The notes: generated by a model from the sequence alone, not told the origin. DNA of 57,986 nucleotides from an uncultured Chthoniobacter sp. (GCA_964545425.1 CAZJGQ010000001.1:1-57986); one strand, 5' to 3'. Counted from the first letter of the stretch, positions 1-9,187 are shown. Made by a program: numbers and translations.

Positions 1-1
1 C

Positions 2-2026
2 ACCACACCGTGGACCCTCCCGGCCAACCTCGCCATCGCGGTCAGCCCGAAACACGACTACGTGGCGCAAGCCTTCTCCAAAGACGGACAAACCCGCACG
101 CTGGTCATGGCCGCCGACCGCGTCTCCGCTTTCACCGCCGAAACCGGATGGCAACCGCAAGGCGAACCGCAAAAGTTTTCCGGCGCCGATCTCGAAGGCA
201 CCATCACGCGTCATCCTTTCCTCGATCGCAACGCGCCGGTCTTCACCGCCGATTTCGTCACCATGGACACCGGCACGGGCTGCGTCCACATCGCCCCGGG
301 CCACGGAGCGGACGACTTCCAACTCGGCAAAGCCCGCGGCCTCGACATCCTCTGTCCGGTCGACGATCTCGGACGTTTCACCGCCGAATGCGGAGTCGCC
401 GAATGGGTCGGCAAGCCGGTCTTCGAAGCCAACCCGCTGGTCGTCGAACACGTCAAATCGCGCGGCGCCCTCCTCGGCACCACGCCTTACCAACATTCCT
501 ACCCGCATTGCTGGCGCTCCAAAACGCCGATCATCTTCCGCACGGTCGAACAATTCTTCATCCGCATCGACGACCTCCGCGCCGACGCGCTTCAAGCAAT
601 CAAGGAAACCAAGTGGATTCCCGACTGGGGACTCAAGCGCATCACCGGCACGGTCGAATCCCGTCCCGACTGGTGCATCAGCCGCCAACGCAGCTGGGGC
701 GTGCCTCTGCCGGTTTTCTACACCCCGGACGGCGAGCCGATCGTGGAGGCCGGCTTGGTCCGCCGTGTCGCCGACCTCGTGGAAAAACGCGGCACCAACG
801 CGTGGTTCGAAATGTCCGATGCCGAACTCGCCGCCATGTTCGGACTCCCAGCCGGCACGACCAAAGGACACGACACCCTCGACGTCTGGATCGATTCCGG
901 CGTGAGCCACCAAGCCGTCCTTCGCCGCCGTCCCGAACTGCAATACCCCGCCGACCTTTACCTCGAAGCGACCGACCAGCACCGCGGCTGGTTCCAGTCG
1001 TCGCTCATGACCGCCATCGGCATCGAAGGCGGCTCGCCCTACAAAACCTGCCTGACCCACGGCTTCGTCGTCGACGTCGACACGCGCGAGAAAATCTCCA
1101 AGTCCGCCCAAGGCGGATACAAGAAACCGACCGAGGCCATGCACTTCGTGGAAAAATCCGGGGCCGATCTCGTCCGTTTGTGGGTCAGCAGCGTCAACTT
1201 CACCGACGACGTCCCGTTCTCCGAGGAAATGTTCAACCGCCTCGGCGACGCCTACCGACGCATCCGCAACACCCTGCGCATCCTTCTCGGCAACCTTCAC
1301 GGCTATGACGCGTCCGCCACGACCGAGCCCACGGCGATCGACCGCTGGATCCTCGCCCGGCTGGCCGAAGTGGAAAACACCTGCCGCGACGCTTACGAGA
1401 AATTCGAGTTCCACCGCGTCTACCACGCCCTCAACCAATTCTGCGCCGTCGACCTGAGCAGCCTCTATGTCGACATCACCAAGGACCGCATGTATTGCGA
1501 CGCGCCTGACAGCCCACGCCACCGCGCCACGCAGGCCACCATGCACGAGATCCTCTCGTCGTTGACCCGTCTGCTGGCCCCCATCCTCGCCTTCACCGCC
1601 GAGGAAGCCTGGGGCTACTTCCAGCCCGGAACCTCCGTGCATTTGCAACTCTTTCCCGCCGCGCGCACACCCGATTCCGCCGCTTTGACCGAAGGCGAGC
1701 GCCTCCTCCAACTCCGCGGCCTCGTCTCGCAAGCCTTGGAAAAAGCGCGCGCCGAAAAACTCCTCACCAACAATCTCGAAGCCTCCGTCACGCTGCACAT
1801 CGCCGACGCCAAGTGGCTTGATGCGTGGCGCGACCGCGTGCCGGAACTCGAAGAGTTTTTCATCCTCAGCGAACTCAAGCTGGAACCGGGAGCGGAGGAT
1901 GCCGCCGTGGTCACCAAGACCGCATCGGCGAAATGCGAACGCTGCTGGCGCCATCGCGCATCGGTCGGACAAAACTCCGCGCACCCGACGCTTTGCGACC
2001 GTTGTGCCGCTGCGGTCGAATCATGA
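2..2026 (+). CDS. ileS: isoleucine--tRNA ligase, C-terminal ~675 aa (5' end outside window)
   Basis: The frame is open from nt 2 (TTPWTLPANLAIAVSPKHDY...), upstream of the GTG at 62 used by the ORF track. IleRS-type motifs are present: GTGCVHIAPGHG, YPHCWRSKTP, SRQRSWG, a KMSKS-like 'KISKS' and a C-terminal Zn finger CERCW...CDRC. Confidence 0.95.
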   Translation, partial: TTPWTLPANLAIAVSPKHDYVAQAFSKDGQTRTLVMAADRVSAFTAETGWQPQGEPQKFSGADLEGTITRHPFLDRNAPVFTADFVTMDTGTGCVHIAPGHGADDFQLGKARGLDILCPVDDLGRFTAECGVAEWVGKPVFEANPLVVEHVKSRGALLGTTPYQHSYPHCWRSKTPIIFRTVEQFFIRIDDLRADALQAIKETKWIPDWGLKRITGTVESRPDWCISRQRSWGVPLPVFYTPDGEPIVEAGLVRRVADLVEKRGTNAWFEMSDAELAAMFGLPAGTTKGHDTLDVWIDSGVSHQAVLRRRPELQYPADLYLEATDQHRGWFQSSLMTAIGIEGGSPYKTCLTHGFVVDVDTREKISKSAQGGYKKPTEAMHFVEKSGADLVRLWVSSVNFTDDVPFSEEMFNRLGDAYRRIRNTLRILLGNLHGYDASATTEPTAIDRWILARLAEVENTCRDAYEKFEFHRVYHALNQFCAVDLSSLYVDITKDRMYCDAPDSPRHRATQATMHEILSSLTRLLAPILAFTAEEAWGYFQPGTSVHLQLFPAARTPDSAALTEGERLLQLRGLVSQALEKARAEKLLTNNLEASVTLHIADAKWLDAWRDRVPELEEFFILSELKLEPGAEDAAVVTKTASAKCERCWRHRASVGQNSAHPTLCDRCAAAVES

Positions 2027-2493
2027 CACCCGTCCGTCTGCTCTTGCTGGTAACACTGCCGCTCTTCGTCCTCGATCAGGTGACGAAGTGGGCCACGCTG
2101 ACCTACATCCCGCTCCACCACGAAATTTCGATCATCCCGGGATTTTTCAATCTCGTCCACGTGACCAACACCGGCTCCGCCTTCGGGCTCATGAAGGGTT
2201 GGTTCAACTTCCACGTCATTTTCGGCGCCATCATGGCCGTGGTCATGTTCGTGCTGCTCTTCCGCAAATCGACCGACAAACTAACCCGCTTCGCCGCCGC
2301 CCTCATCCTCTCCGGCATTTTCGGCAACGTCACCGACCGCATCCGCTTCGGCCACGTGGTCGATTTCTTGGACTTCTACATCGGCCAACACCACTGGCCC
2401 GCCTTCAACATCGCCGACTCCGCCATCGTCATCGCCGTCGGCCTCTTCCTCTGGGCCTCCTTCCGCGAGGGCAAAGAAAAACCCGCCAATTAG
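2023..2493 (+). CDS. lspA: lipoprotein signal peptidase (signal peptidase II), 156 aa
   Basis: The ATG at 2023 overlaps the ileS stop (ATGA). The product MTPVRLLLLVTLPLFVLDQVTKW...NTGSAFG...FGNVTDR...VVDFLDF...FNIADSAI carries typical LspA motifs and four hydrophobic segments. ileS-lspA is a classic conserved gene pair. Confidence 0.9.
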   Translation: MTPVRLLLLVTLPLFVLDQVTKWATLTYIPLHHEISIIPGFFNLVHVTNTGSAFGLMKGWFNFHVIFGAIMAVVMFVLLFRKSTDKLTRFAAALILSGIFGNVTDRIRFGHVVDFLDFYIGQHHWPAFNIADSAIVIAVGLFLWASFREGKEKPAN

Positions 2494-2498
2494 CGGGT
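2481..2498 (+). terminator. hairpin overlapping the lspA stop codon (possible weak terminator)
   Basis: ACCCGC-CAATTA-GCGGGT is a perfect 6-bp stem. There is no clear U-tract downstream. Confidence 0.3.
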
Positions 2499-2509
2499 TA
2501 CGGAAAGTT

Positions 2510-2564
2510 TGGTTGCGGGGGCGGGATTTGAACCCGCGATCCCGCAGTCGCGGGATTATGAGCC
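2510..2564 (-). repeat. orphan 3' fragment of tRNA-Met (T-arm + acceptor + CCA, plus an anticodon-loop remnant)
   Basis: 2510-2539 is identical to 2813-2842 (30/30). A second shared block, TTATGAGCC (2556-2564 = 2851-2859), follows after a 16-nt hairpin-forming insert instead of the 8 nt in the real gene. No D-arm or 5' acceptor strand is present. Confidence 0.85.
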
Positions 2565-2804
2565 GTGCAGTGACTTGATTTTTACCAAGCCGGAGCCTCC
2601 CTTTTGCCGCTTGAGCAAATTCTCCAGCTTGCGCGCTTCACTAAGACTCATTGGCTTGCTGGTCCACGAGAGAGTCCACGGACCCTTGCTGCGCGTCCAT
2701 TTGGAGAGTCCCTCATTATGCTGCGACAGACGCGCAACAGGATCCTCCGAGATACCGATGTAAATCCGACCGGTAGGGTTAACTAGGATGTAGGCCTGAT
2801 ACAT
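2556..2804 (-). CDS. GIY-YIG nuclease family protein (COG2827/YhbQ-like), 82 aa
   Basis: The internal ATG at 2804 of track ORF 2556..2927 gives MYQAYILVNPTGRIYIGISEDPVARLSQHNEG...PWTLSW...EARKLENLLKRQK. This matches the GIY...YIG, R, HN and E spacing of the GIY-YIG fold. The upstream part of the track ORF merely reads through the tRNA gene. Confidence 0.8.
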   Translation of the reverse strand: MYQAYILVNPTGRIYIGISEDPVARLSQHNEGLSKWTRSKGPWTLSWTSKPMSLSEARKLENLLKRQKGGSGLVKIKSLHGS

Positions 2805-2812
2805 CCGGGTGA

Positions 2813-2889
<77 letters not shown>

Positions 2890-2899
2890 ATTGACCTCC

Positions 2900-2927
2900 A
2901 CTTTAACACCGCGAAGTCGGGTGTCAA
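2900..2927 (-). promoter_or_regulatory. sigma70-type promoter of tRNA-fMet
   Basis: On the minus strand: TTGACA (2927-2922), a 16-nt spacer, TAAAGT (2905-2900), then 10 nt to tRNA nt 1. Confidence 0.5.
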
Positions 2928-3044
2928 GCTGTTGTTTTACACGGCTCTCTACTCTGTAGAACAAGCCGTAAAGGGCGATCGATGGAAATGCGAAGACTGG
3001 GGGTTCATGTCCCTTGGAATCGGCAGATTTTTCACATTCTCATT

Positions 3045-3076
3045 TTTCACGCTGTCAATTCGCTGTAACTTTTGAC
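3045..3076 (+). repeat. 32-nt repeat R, left copy (candidate integrase arm-type site or int promoter region)
   Basis: TTTCACGCTGTCAATTCGCTGTAACTTTTGAC matches 57627-57658 at 31/32, in the same orientation. Both copies are preceded by an extra TTTTCAC. Confidence 0.6.
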
Positions 3077-3099
3077 ACGTTAAAAAACGAGCTTCTTTT

Positions 3100-4404
3100 A
3101 TGAAAACCGCCCCCACCCCAGCCCCTCGCACAGCCGAGAAAGCCATAAAACCCGGCGACTGGGTCACGCGTGATGAATTCTTTCGCCGACTCAAACCATC
3201 CCGCAAAGGTGAGGAGCGCCAAAGAGCGCTGATCGCCAACCTGCCCAAAGGAATCAGCGTGTTCATGGGGCTGAGCGGCCCAAGGAGCCGCGACGGGAAA
3301 TGCTTGGTCGGCTATTTCGTGCGGATCGGCAAACGCTTCAGCGGACAAAAGCCCGTCCGGAAATTCGTGCGCGACACCGCGGAGGCGCGCGATGTCATCG
3401 CCGGACTGAAACCGCATGCCGAGCTAATGCGGGTTTCCCAACTTTCGCCGCAGCAGATCTCGGAGACGATTGCCTGCCTGCGCGCTCTTGGTGAGCGGAA
3501 GTCCGATCTCTCTTTGGGCGACGCCGTCGATTTGGCGCTGCGCTATCATGATCCTGCCGCCGGTCGGAAGACCGTTTCCGAGGTGTCGACAATGCTGTCC
3601 AGTCGCGCGAAGAAGCGTGGCGGACGCCACCACGCGGTGGCGCAGATGAAGTCTTTGTTGCGCGGCTTCGAGCGGGAATTCGGCAACCGCTTGATCACGA
3701 CACTCACCACCGCGGAGTTGGAGGACTGGCTTGATGACGGCGAGTGGTCGGCGCGCACACGCAACAATTACATCAAGCAGATCAAGCAGCTTTACGTCTT
3801 TGCCATCAGGAAAAACTTCGCCAACGCCAACCCTACGGAAGCCATCGATCTGTCGCACGTCACCTCGGCTACCAACGATGTTTTGACACCGGAGCAGCTG
3901 CGCTTGCTGTTGCAGACAGCACGGCTGAGTGCACCGGACTTGATACGCTTTATCGTTCTATGCGCCTTCGGATGGATCCGCCGTAGCGAGGCTTGCAGCT
4001 TGGAAAACGGAAACATCCGCGACGATGGCTTCATTCATGTCCCGGCACCCGTCGCCAAGACACGTCAGAACCGCTTCATTCCGATCAACGACACCCTGGC
4101 GGCATGGCTGGCGGTGGCTCCGGAGGCCACTCGCCCCACCAGGAGCAAGAACGCCGATGTCATGGGCGATCGGTTGGCCAGTCTCGCCGCAGATGTGAAG
4201 GTCGAGATACCGCACAATGCCCTTCGACATTCGGCGATTTCCTACGCCTTTGCCTATGCGCCGAAGAGAAACGGGGTCCCGATGAACAATTCCGCTGGCG
4301 AGTTGGCTAAATACGCCGGCAACTCGGAGCAGGTCATCATCAGATCCTATCGCGCACTGGTTACGGAAAAGGCCGCGAAAGAGTATTGGAATATCCTACC
4401 CTGA
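3100..4404 (+). CDS. int: site-specific tyrosine recombinase (phage-type integrase), 434 aa
   Basis: The C-terminal catalytic domain shows GWIRRSEACSLE (Arg I), HNALRHSAISY (H-x-x-R) and VIIRSYRAL (nucleophilic Tyr). The gene lies next to a tRNA gene. Confidence 0.9.
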   Translation: MKTAPTPAPRTAEKAIKPGDWVTRDEFFRRLKPSRKGEERQRALIANLPKGISVFMGLSGPRSRDGKCLVGYFVRIGKRFSGQKPVRKFVRDTAEARDVIAGLKPHAELMRVSQLSPQQISETIACLRALGERKSDLSLGDAVDLALRYHDPAAGRKTVSEVSTMLSSRAKKRGGRHHAVAQMKSLLRGFEREFGNRLITTLTTAELEDWLDDGEWSARTRNNYIKQIKQLYVFAIRKNFANANPTEAIDLSHVTSATNDVLTPEQLRLLLQTARLSAPDLIRFIVLCAFGWIRRSEACSLENGNIRDDGFIHVPAPVAKTRQNRFIPINDTLAAWLAVAPEATRPTRSKNADVMGDRLASLAADVKVEIPHNALRHSAISYAFAYAPKRNGVPMNNSAGELAKYAGNSEQVIIRSYRALVTEKAAKEYWNILP

Positions 4405-4833
4405 AAGATCCTCTTCATCAGGATCCCCTTTGAGCTCCGGCTCGCTTGGCAAGCGATGCGGACGCTCACCCTTGATCAAGCGCTCAAGCGCGGCATAGGC
4501 GTCTTCCCGCACAAAGAGCGACTCGCGCGTTCCAAGATCCGGAAGCGGAGTCAGCCATCCCGAATATTGCAACCGCTGGACCAGCTTCGGGCTCCGGAAA
4601 ATGTAATCCACCAATTCCTCGCGCGTGAGGAGCGGCCTCAGCAAAAGAGGGTCCACTTGCAAGGCCGGCGTCAGCGGCCGGGAGGACGGCACCTGAGCCG
4701 CGAAGTAAAGCCAGCGCCCCGCCCACTCCGGCTTTGCTTCATCCCATCCGAGGATCAGTCTTGCGCTCGCCTCTTCCATCCTGCCCGTCAACACTGATGG
4801 GTAGCCAAAGCAAATGCCAACCTCAAAGTCCAT
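4396..4833 (-). CDS. hypothetical protein with a C-terminal excisionase/AlpA-like HTH (possible Xis)
   Basis: The segment LLTREELVDYIFRSPKLVQRLQYSGWLTP...LFVREDAYAALERLIKGE resembles MerR/excisionase-type HTH_17 domains. The ORF is convergent with int and overlaps its end by 9 nt. The start is uncertain. Confidence 0.4.
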   Translation of the reverse strand: MDFEVGICFGYPSVLTGRMEEASARLILGWDEAKPEWAGRWLYFAAQVPSSRPLTPALQVDPLLLRPLLTREELVDYIFRSPKLVQRLQYSGWLTPLPDLGTRESLFVREDAYAALERLIKGERPHRLPSEPELKGDPDEEDLSG

Positions 4834-5182
4834 TTACACACTGTTTGCCGCACTTCCCCGCGATTGTGCTGAGTGGTCGATAAAGATCGGTGACCCGGTC
4901 GAGGTGCGCTACGCGGACTCGGTGCTGCACTTGTGGGCGATCATGGAGCTGCTGACGCTCCATCGTCCCGCGGAATGTTCCTACGTGGAAATCATGGGCC
5001 GAGGCGGCTGTTACAGCCGCTTTTTCCGCGACGAAGGGACAGTAGTTCTCGGCGCGAGCTCTTCGGTAGTGACTGCGCTCTACGACGAAGCGTGCGCCCG
5101 GTCACTGGAACTCAGAGCCCTCGGCACCAAGGACGCACTTGCATCGAAAAGCGCCGAGATCTCGAATCTTGAACTGTTCTGA
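4814..5182 (+). CDS. hypothetical protein, 122 aa
   Basis: Open reading frame only, with no recognisable motif. It overlaps the competing ORF 5080..5394 on the other strand. Confidence 0.25.
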   Translation: MPTSKSIYTLFAALPRDCAEWSIKIGDPVEVRYADSVLHLWAIMELLTLHRPAECSYVEIMGRGGCYSRFFRDEGTVVLGASSSVVTALYDEACARSLELRALGTKDALASKSAEISNLELF

Positions 5183-5412
5183 CCGCAGAGCAGCTGGACC
5201 GTGGATCTCACCTCGCCGCCATGGCGCCGGGCGTCGCCTCCGTGAATAGCAACAAACCGACAACGCACCTGCCCTGCGTTGTCAAAACGTTGCCTCTTTG
5301 TTGCCTCCCTTAAATTGCTTAAGGGGTAGAGTGTCCTCCACATTTCTGGATGATCCGGTTTGTTTTTGACGAATTCCCACGTGGACTTCTTCAAAATCCG
5401 CTGTTTCCGGCT

Positions 5413-5880
5413 TCATTCTGCCACTAAATTGTAGACAGCGCGGTTGGTGTAGACTTCGCCGGGTTCGAGGCGCCTCCTGGAAAATTTCAGGTTATTCGAC
5501 ATGTTGGGGAAGTTTTGCGGTTCGAGGAAGAGTCCGGCGAGCGGGCCGCAGGGAGTGTCCGTGTGGCCGATGGCGGAGCCGTCGAGGTATTCGCCGTCGC
5601 AGAATTGGATTCGTGGTTGGTTCGTGGAGATTTCCATTACGCGGCCGCTGACGTGATCCGACAAGCGGGCGGCTAACATGAGGTCATCTCCGCTAGGCTG
5701 GGGATTCACAAACCAGCAGTGGTCGTAGTCGATGCTTTCCTCTCCATCGACCGGGCGCGGTTGGCTGAAGTCCATCGGCGTTCCGGCCACGGCGCAGATC
5801 TCGCCGGTCGGAACCAGTCCGTCGCCAACAGGCAAGTAGACATCGGCGAAAAGCCACAAGACGTGGTGGTCGATGTTCAT
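5413..5880 (-). pseudogene. aldose 1-epimerase (galactose mutarotase) C-terminal fragment
   Basis: The 155 aa match only the C-terminal half of GalM-type enzymes (LVPTGEI..V.GTPMDF, YDHCW, FLEPQNFPN, LEPGEVY). The roughly 170-aa N-terminal half is absent, and the neighbouring gene ends 8 nt upstream. Confidence 0.6.
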
Positions 5881-5887
5881 CGTGCTG

Positions 5888-7678
5888 CTAACGCATGATC
5901 AGGGCATGTTCACCATGCTCCAGAAGGCCGAAGTCCAGCAAGTTGCGCAATGGCGCGGCATAGCTGTTCAGTCCGTTGGCTTCCCACAGGGCGATAACGA
6001 TGGCCTGCTCGGAGGGCGGCAACCGGTCGACGAAAATGTCGATGTCGTGGAAGACGCCTAGCGCGTCGGCCACGCGGTCCTCCCGCAGCAGAGCGAGGGC
6101 GTGGGTGAAGCGCGGCGATGGGTCGGCTGGCGAGGCAGCCACGGCGGCGGAGGTTTCCGTCGAGGGCACGTTTCTACCTGCAAGCAAATCTTGTCGACGC
6201 CGGTAGTCCTGCACGCTGGGGGCATTTGGCTTCGCCGAGCTCGCTGCCCGGTAAGCTTGGGCCAGCGAAGCGAATTGCCCGCGCCGCCCGAAGCGGTCCC
6301 GTGCCAGCCGAAACATGCTGTCGGCCGTGTCACCATTGGCGCACATCTCGATGATTACCGGATCGGCTGCCTTGCCGTTTTCGGTGAGATCGAGCGAGGA
6401 CAGGATAGCTTGCGTATTCCCTTCGCGCACAGAGGCGCGGAAGGCATCGGCAAACGCTTTCTGCGCAACGGAGGTCTTTCCTAGATTTCGCGCCGCCCAT
6501 CCCCGGAAAAACAATTTCGAAGATTCCGGGGAGTTTGCCGTGGCTCGGGAGAGCGCGAGCAATTCCTCCCATTGACCGAGCGCCGCGAGGGCTCGGCCGC
6601 GCTCCTCAAAGGCGGAGGGATCGGCGACCGCCTTTTTCGGCGTGATCAGAAGCAATGCTTCGTCGGCCATGCCGTTCTCGGTGAGAAAAGCCGCCAAAGC
6701 GGCCTGCCGGCGTGGTGGAGCACCGGCGAAGACGGCCGAGAGTCGACGACCGAGGTCAGCCGGTTGCGCCACGCCGGAGGCTGCCAGATAACGCGCCGCG
6801 GGCAAAAGCGCCGGGTTGTCGATGGACAATCCCGCAATGGCTGCCTCGGCCCAACAGCGCGAATTTTCCGGCCACTTCGGGATAGAGCCCAAGGCGAGCG
6901 CGATCGCGTCGTTGGCCTTTTCCGTGCGGCGCAGTTCCTCGACCAAGGCGATGATCTGCTCACCGCCGCGAATGTCCTCAGGGGCAGGTTCGCCCGGCAG
7001 GCTGAGCATGGGTGCGTGGCGGCGCAGTAGCAGGGCGAGCAATTGCAACTTTTCTTCCGCATTATCCGACTCCTCCGCGGCCGCTCGCGCTTCGGCGATG
7101 GACTGCTGCAGGTTGCCCCGCCGCAGGGCACGTTGCGATCGGAACGACGCCACTTTTGCGGTGTTGCTGGCGCCCCCCAGTGCTTTGATCGCCGTTTCGA
7201 ATTGTTCCTCGGTGCCAAGCCGCGCCGCCAAGCGCGCCCGCTCCTCGGCCTCCTCTGCGGTGAGCAGCAGGTGAGCCGCAGCGAGCTCCTCCCACAGCTC
7301 GAGTGCCGACGGATCGTTAGCCGCGCTGCGCACCAATGCCGCGGCGCGACGCACCTCGGGACTTTTGCCACCCAAATTCTGCGCTGAGGAGATCTGAAGC
7401 CAAGCCATGTGGATTCTGCCCGCGCGCGCATTTTCCATCGCCTTCCGGGCCAGATCGCGTGCGCGCCAAGCAGTTAAGAAATACAGGCCTATGCCACCGA
7501 CCAACACCAGGGTCAGCACAATCGCCGGAGCCCAGAGCATAAGGCGCCTGAAGAACTCGCGGCCGGGGCTGAGTCCACGTTTGCCGAGGGGTTCGGTCAC
7601 CTCCCACCACCAGCGCGGAACAATCTCCTTCACGAAGGACCAGATTCTGAAACGCTGCGGCTGTTTGCCCCAGAACAT
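5888..7678 (-). CDS. membrane-anchored Ala/Leu-rich helical-repeat (TPR-like) protein, 596 aa
   Basis: The internal ATG at 7678 (MFWGKQPQRF...) is followed by one TM segment (LMLWAPAIVLTLVLVGGIGLYFLTAW) and then a long alpha-helical repeat-like sequence. No catalytic motif was recognised. Confidence 0.55.
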   Translation of the reverse strand: MFWGKQPQRFRIWSFVKEIVPRWWWEVTEPLGKRGLSPGREFFRRLMLWAPAIVLTLVLVGGIGLYFLTAWRARDLARKAMENARAGRIHMAWLQISSAQNLGGKSPEVRRAAALVRSAANDPSALELWEELAAAHLLLTAEEAEERARLAARLGTEEQFETAIKALGGASNTAKVASFRSQRALRRGNLQQSIAEARAAAEESDNAEEKLQLLALLLRRHAPMLSLPGEPAPEDIRGGEQIIALVEELRRTEKANDAIALALGSIPKWPENSRCWAEAAIAGLSIDNPALLPAARYLAASGVAQPADLGRRLSAVFAGAPPRRQAALAAFLTENGMADEALLLITPKKAVADPSAFEERGRALAALGQWEELLALSRATANSPESSKLFFRGWAARNLGKTSVAQKAFADAFRASVREGNTQAILSSLDLTENGKAADPVIIEMCANGDTADSMFRLARDRFGRRGQFASLAQAYRAASSAKPNAPSVQDYRRRQDLLAGRNVPSTETSAAVAASPADPSPRFTHALALLREDRVADALGVFHDIDIFVDRLPPSEQAIVIALWEANGLNSYAAPLRNLLDFGLLEHGEHALIMR

Positions 7679-7903
7679 GCGTGCAGAATACCAGCTAGTC
7701 CCGCGGGTGCGAAGCCGGGAGAGCAAACGCCGACAAACGAACGGGATGCTCCCGCAGAACCCACAACGCCGGGCTCGTTGCATGCCCTGACGGGCTATGG
7801 CCGTGGTGCGAGTCGCTGGGAAGTTTCATTCCGGTGGCAGCTTAGCGGGGGTCATTGACCGGACCATCCCGCACCCCGTATTGTGCCTTCGGGACTAACG
7901 GCC

Positions 7904-8764
7904 ATGGCGAAAAAGACAATCGGAGAGCTGCTTGCAACCAAGGGTAAGCGGCAGTTGACGATGACAAATGCGGCCGACTTCAATACTGCTCGCGCTGCGC
8001 AGGAGGCGGGCATCGACATCATCTTGGCCCGCGGGATCACGGATGAGCATCAGATCGGGACGGTGCTCGACCAAGTTGTCGCAGGAGCTCCGCAATCGGT
8101 GATTGTCTGCAATTTGCCCCCGACCATTGCCTACGTCAGCGATGCGGAGGCGATTCGTTCGGCCATGATCGCCCGGGATCACGGGGCAGATATCATCTAC
8201 TCGTCGGGCAACTGCATGCGCCGCTTCGAGGCTATGGCAGAGGTTGGCATTAACTTCGGCGGTCACGTGGGACTCGTCCCCATTCGGTCGAGCCGCGAGG
8301 GAGGTCTGGGTGCCCGTGGAAAAACGCTCGATCAGGCCCTCCGGGTTTACGAGGAGACCCTCGCCTTTGAGAGAGCTGGCGCGGTCATGGTGGAGATGGA
8401 GTGCGTCGCGGCCGAAATCGCCGCCGAGATCACCAAGAGGGTTGACCTTTTGGTGATGTCGCTCGGCAGCGGCGGCGGATGCGACGGTCAATTTCTTTAC
8501 AGCGTTGACCTTCTCGGATTTCTCGAACCGCGCTTCCCCGGCCTAGGCAAGCCCTACGAGGGGCCTTTGCCCAGGCATGCGAGGCGCTATGCGAACTTGT
8601 TCGAGGAGTCTAAGCGCGGCTTCGCCGCCTTCAGGGCGGACGTCGAGCGCGGTGACTTCCCCGCTCCGTCCGAGACGATAAATGTGGATCAAGGGGTGGT
8701 TGCGGCATTCCGGTCCAAACTTGACGGGGCCGAGGCAGCCGCACGGCTTCATCCACATCGTTGA
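7904..8764 (+). CDS. PanB-like protein (ketopantoate hydroxymethyltransferase / ICL-PEPM superfamily), divergent
   Basis: It is collinear with PanB blocks (TIGELL...LTMTNAADF, GHVGLVPIRS..GG.GARG, ERAGAVMVEMECV, SLGSGGGCDGQFL). The VGDS and ADLPF metal-ligand motifs are replaced by ARG and CNLPP. Confidence 0.6.
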   Translation: MAKKTIGELLATKGKRQLTMTNAADFNTARAAQEAGIDIILARGITDEHQIGTVLDQVVAGAPQSVIVCNLPPTIAYVSDAEAIRSAMIARDHGADIIYSSGNCMRRFEAMAEVGINFGGHVGLVPIRSSREGGLGARGKTLDQALRVYEETLAFERAGAVMVEMECVAAEIAAEITKRVDLLVMSLGSGGGCDGQFLYSVDLLGFLEPRFPGLGKPYEGPLPRHARRYANLFEESKRGFAAFRADVERGDFPAPSETINVDQGVVAAFRSKLDGAEAAARLHPHR

Positions 8765-9187
8765 ATCCGTCGTTGCCCTTGGCCCGACGGGCGAAATTGC
8801 GGGCAATAATTGGGGGAACCGATTGCATGCGCGGCCGAATGCATTTGGCCATTTGCGAGCGCGGCCGGACGCCAGGCAGCAGCGAAAATCTCGTAGTTAT
8901 CGGAGTTCAGGCTTCCGCGTCACCGTAGGCCCGGGAGGCACCTATCAGGCCAAGGCGTCGCTTTAATGATAGCTGTAAGCGCTGGCGGCCTGCGCCCCAC
9001 TGCCACCCCGGAAGAAAGAACCGCAGTGCGCAGAGCTCAACAGGTCTCTACTGTTCAGGGTCCACAGCTAGAGAAGGCCCTACGACGACACAATAAATGC
9101 TGTGAGCTGTTAAACGCCGCTGTGGGAGCGGCTGCTCGGTGATCCAAGGACCTGCTAAAACAACCTTGCGAGGGCAGCAGAAGGAAA

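Noticed and set aside
10-1308. 432-aa Arg/Pro-rich ORF on the plus strand overlapping ileS in another frame
   Set aside because: Its low-complexity R/P/H composition is typical of off-frame translation of high-GC coding DNA, and the overlapping frame encodes a textbook IleRS.
5080-5394. 104-aa minus-strand ORF overlapping the 122-aa plus-strand ORF
   Set aside because: It has no motif, it overlaps a competing ORF, and only one of the two can be real at most. It is left uncalled but mentioned in the finding at 4396.
8765-9187. 423-bp gene-free stretch between the PanB-like gene and the PEP-CTERM array, examined for a transposase remnant, ncRNA or terminator
   Set aside because: It holds only short stop-interrupted frames and one weak hairpin (GCCGCT-GTGGG-AGCGGC at about 9116-9132). 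Nothing there is attributable to a known element.
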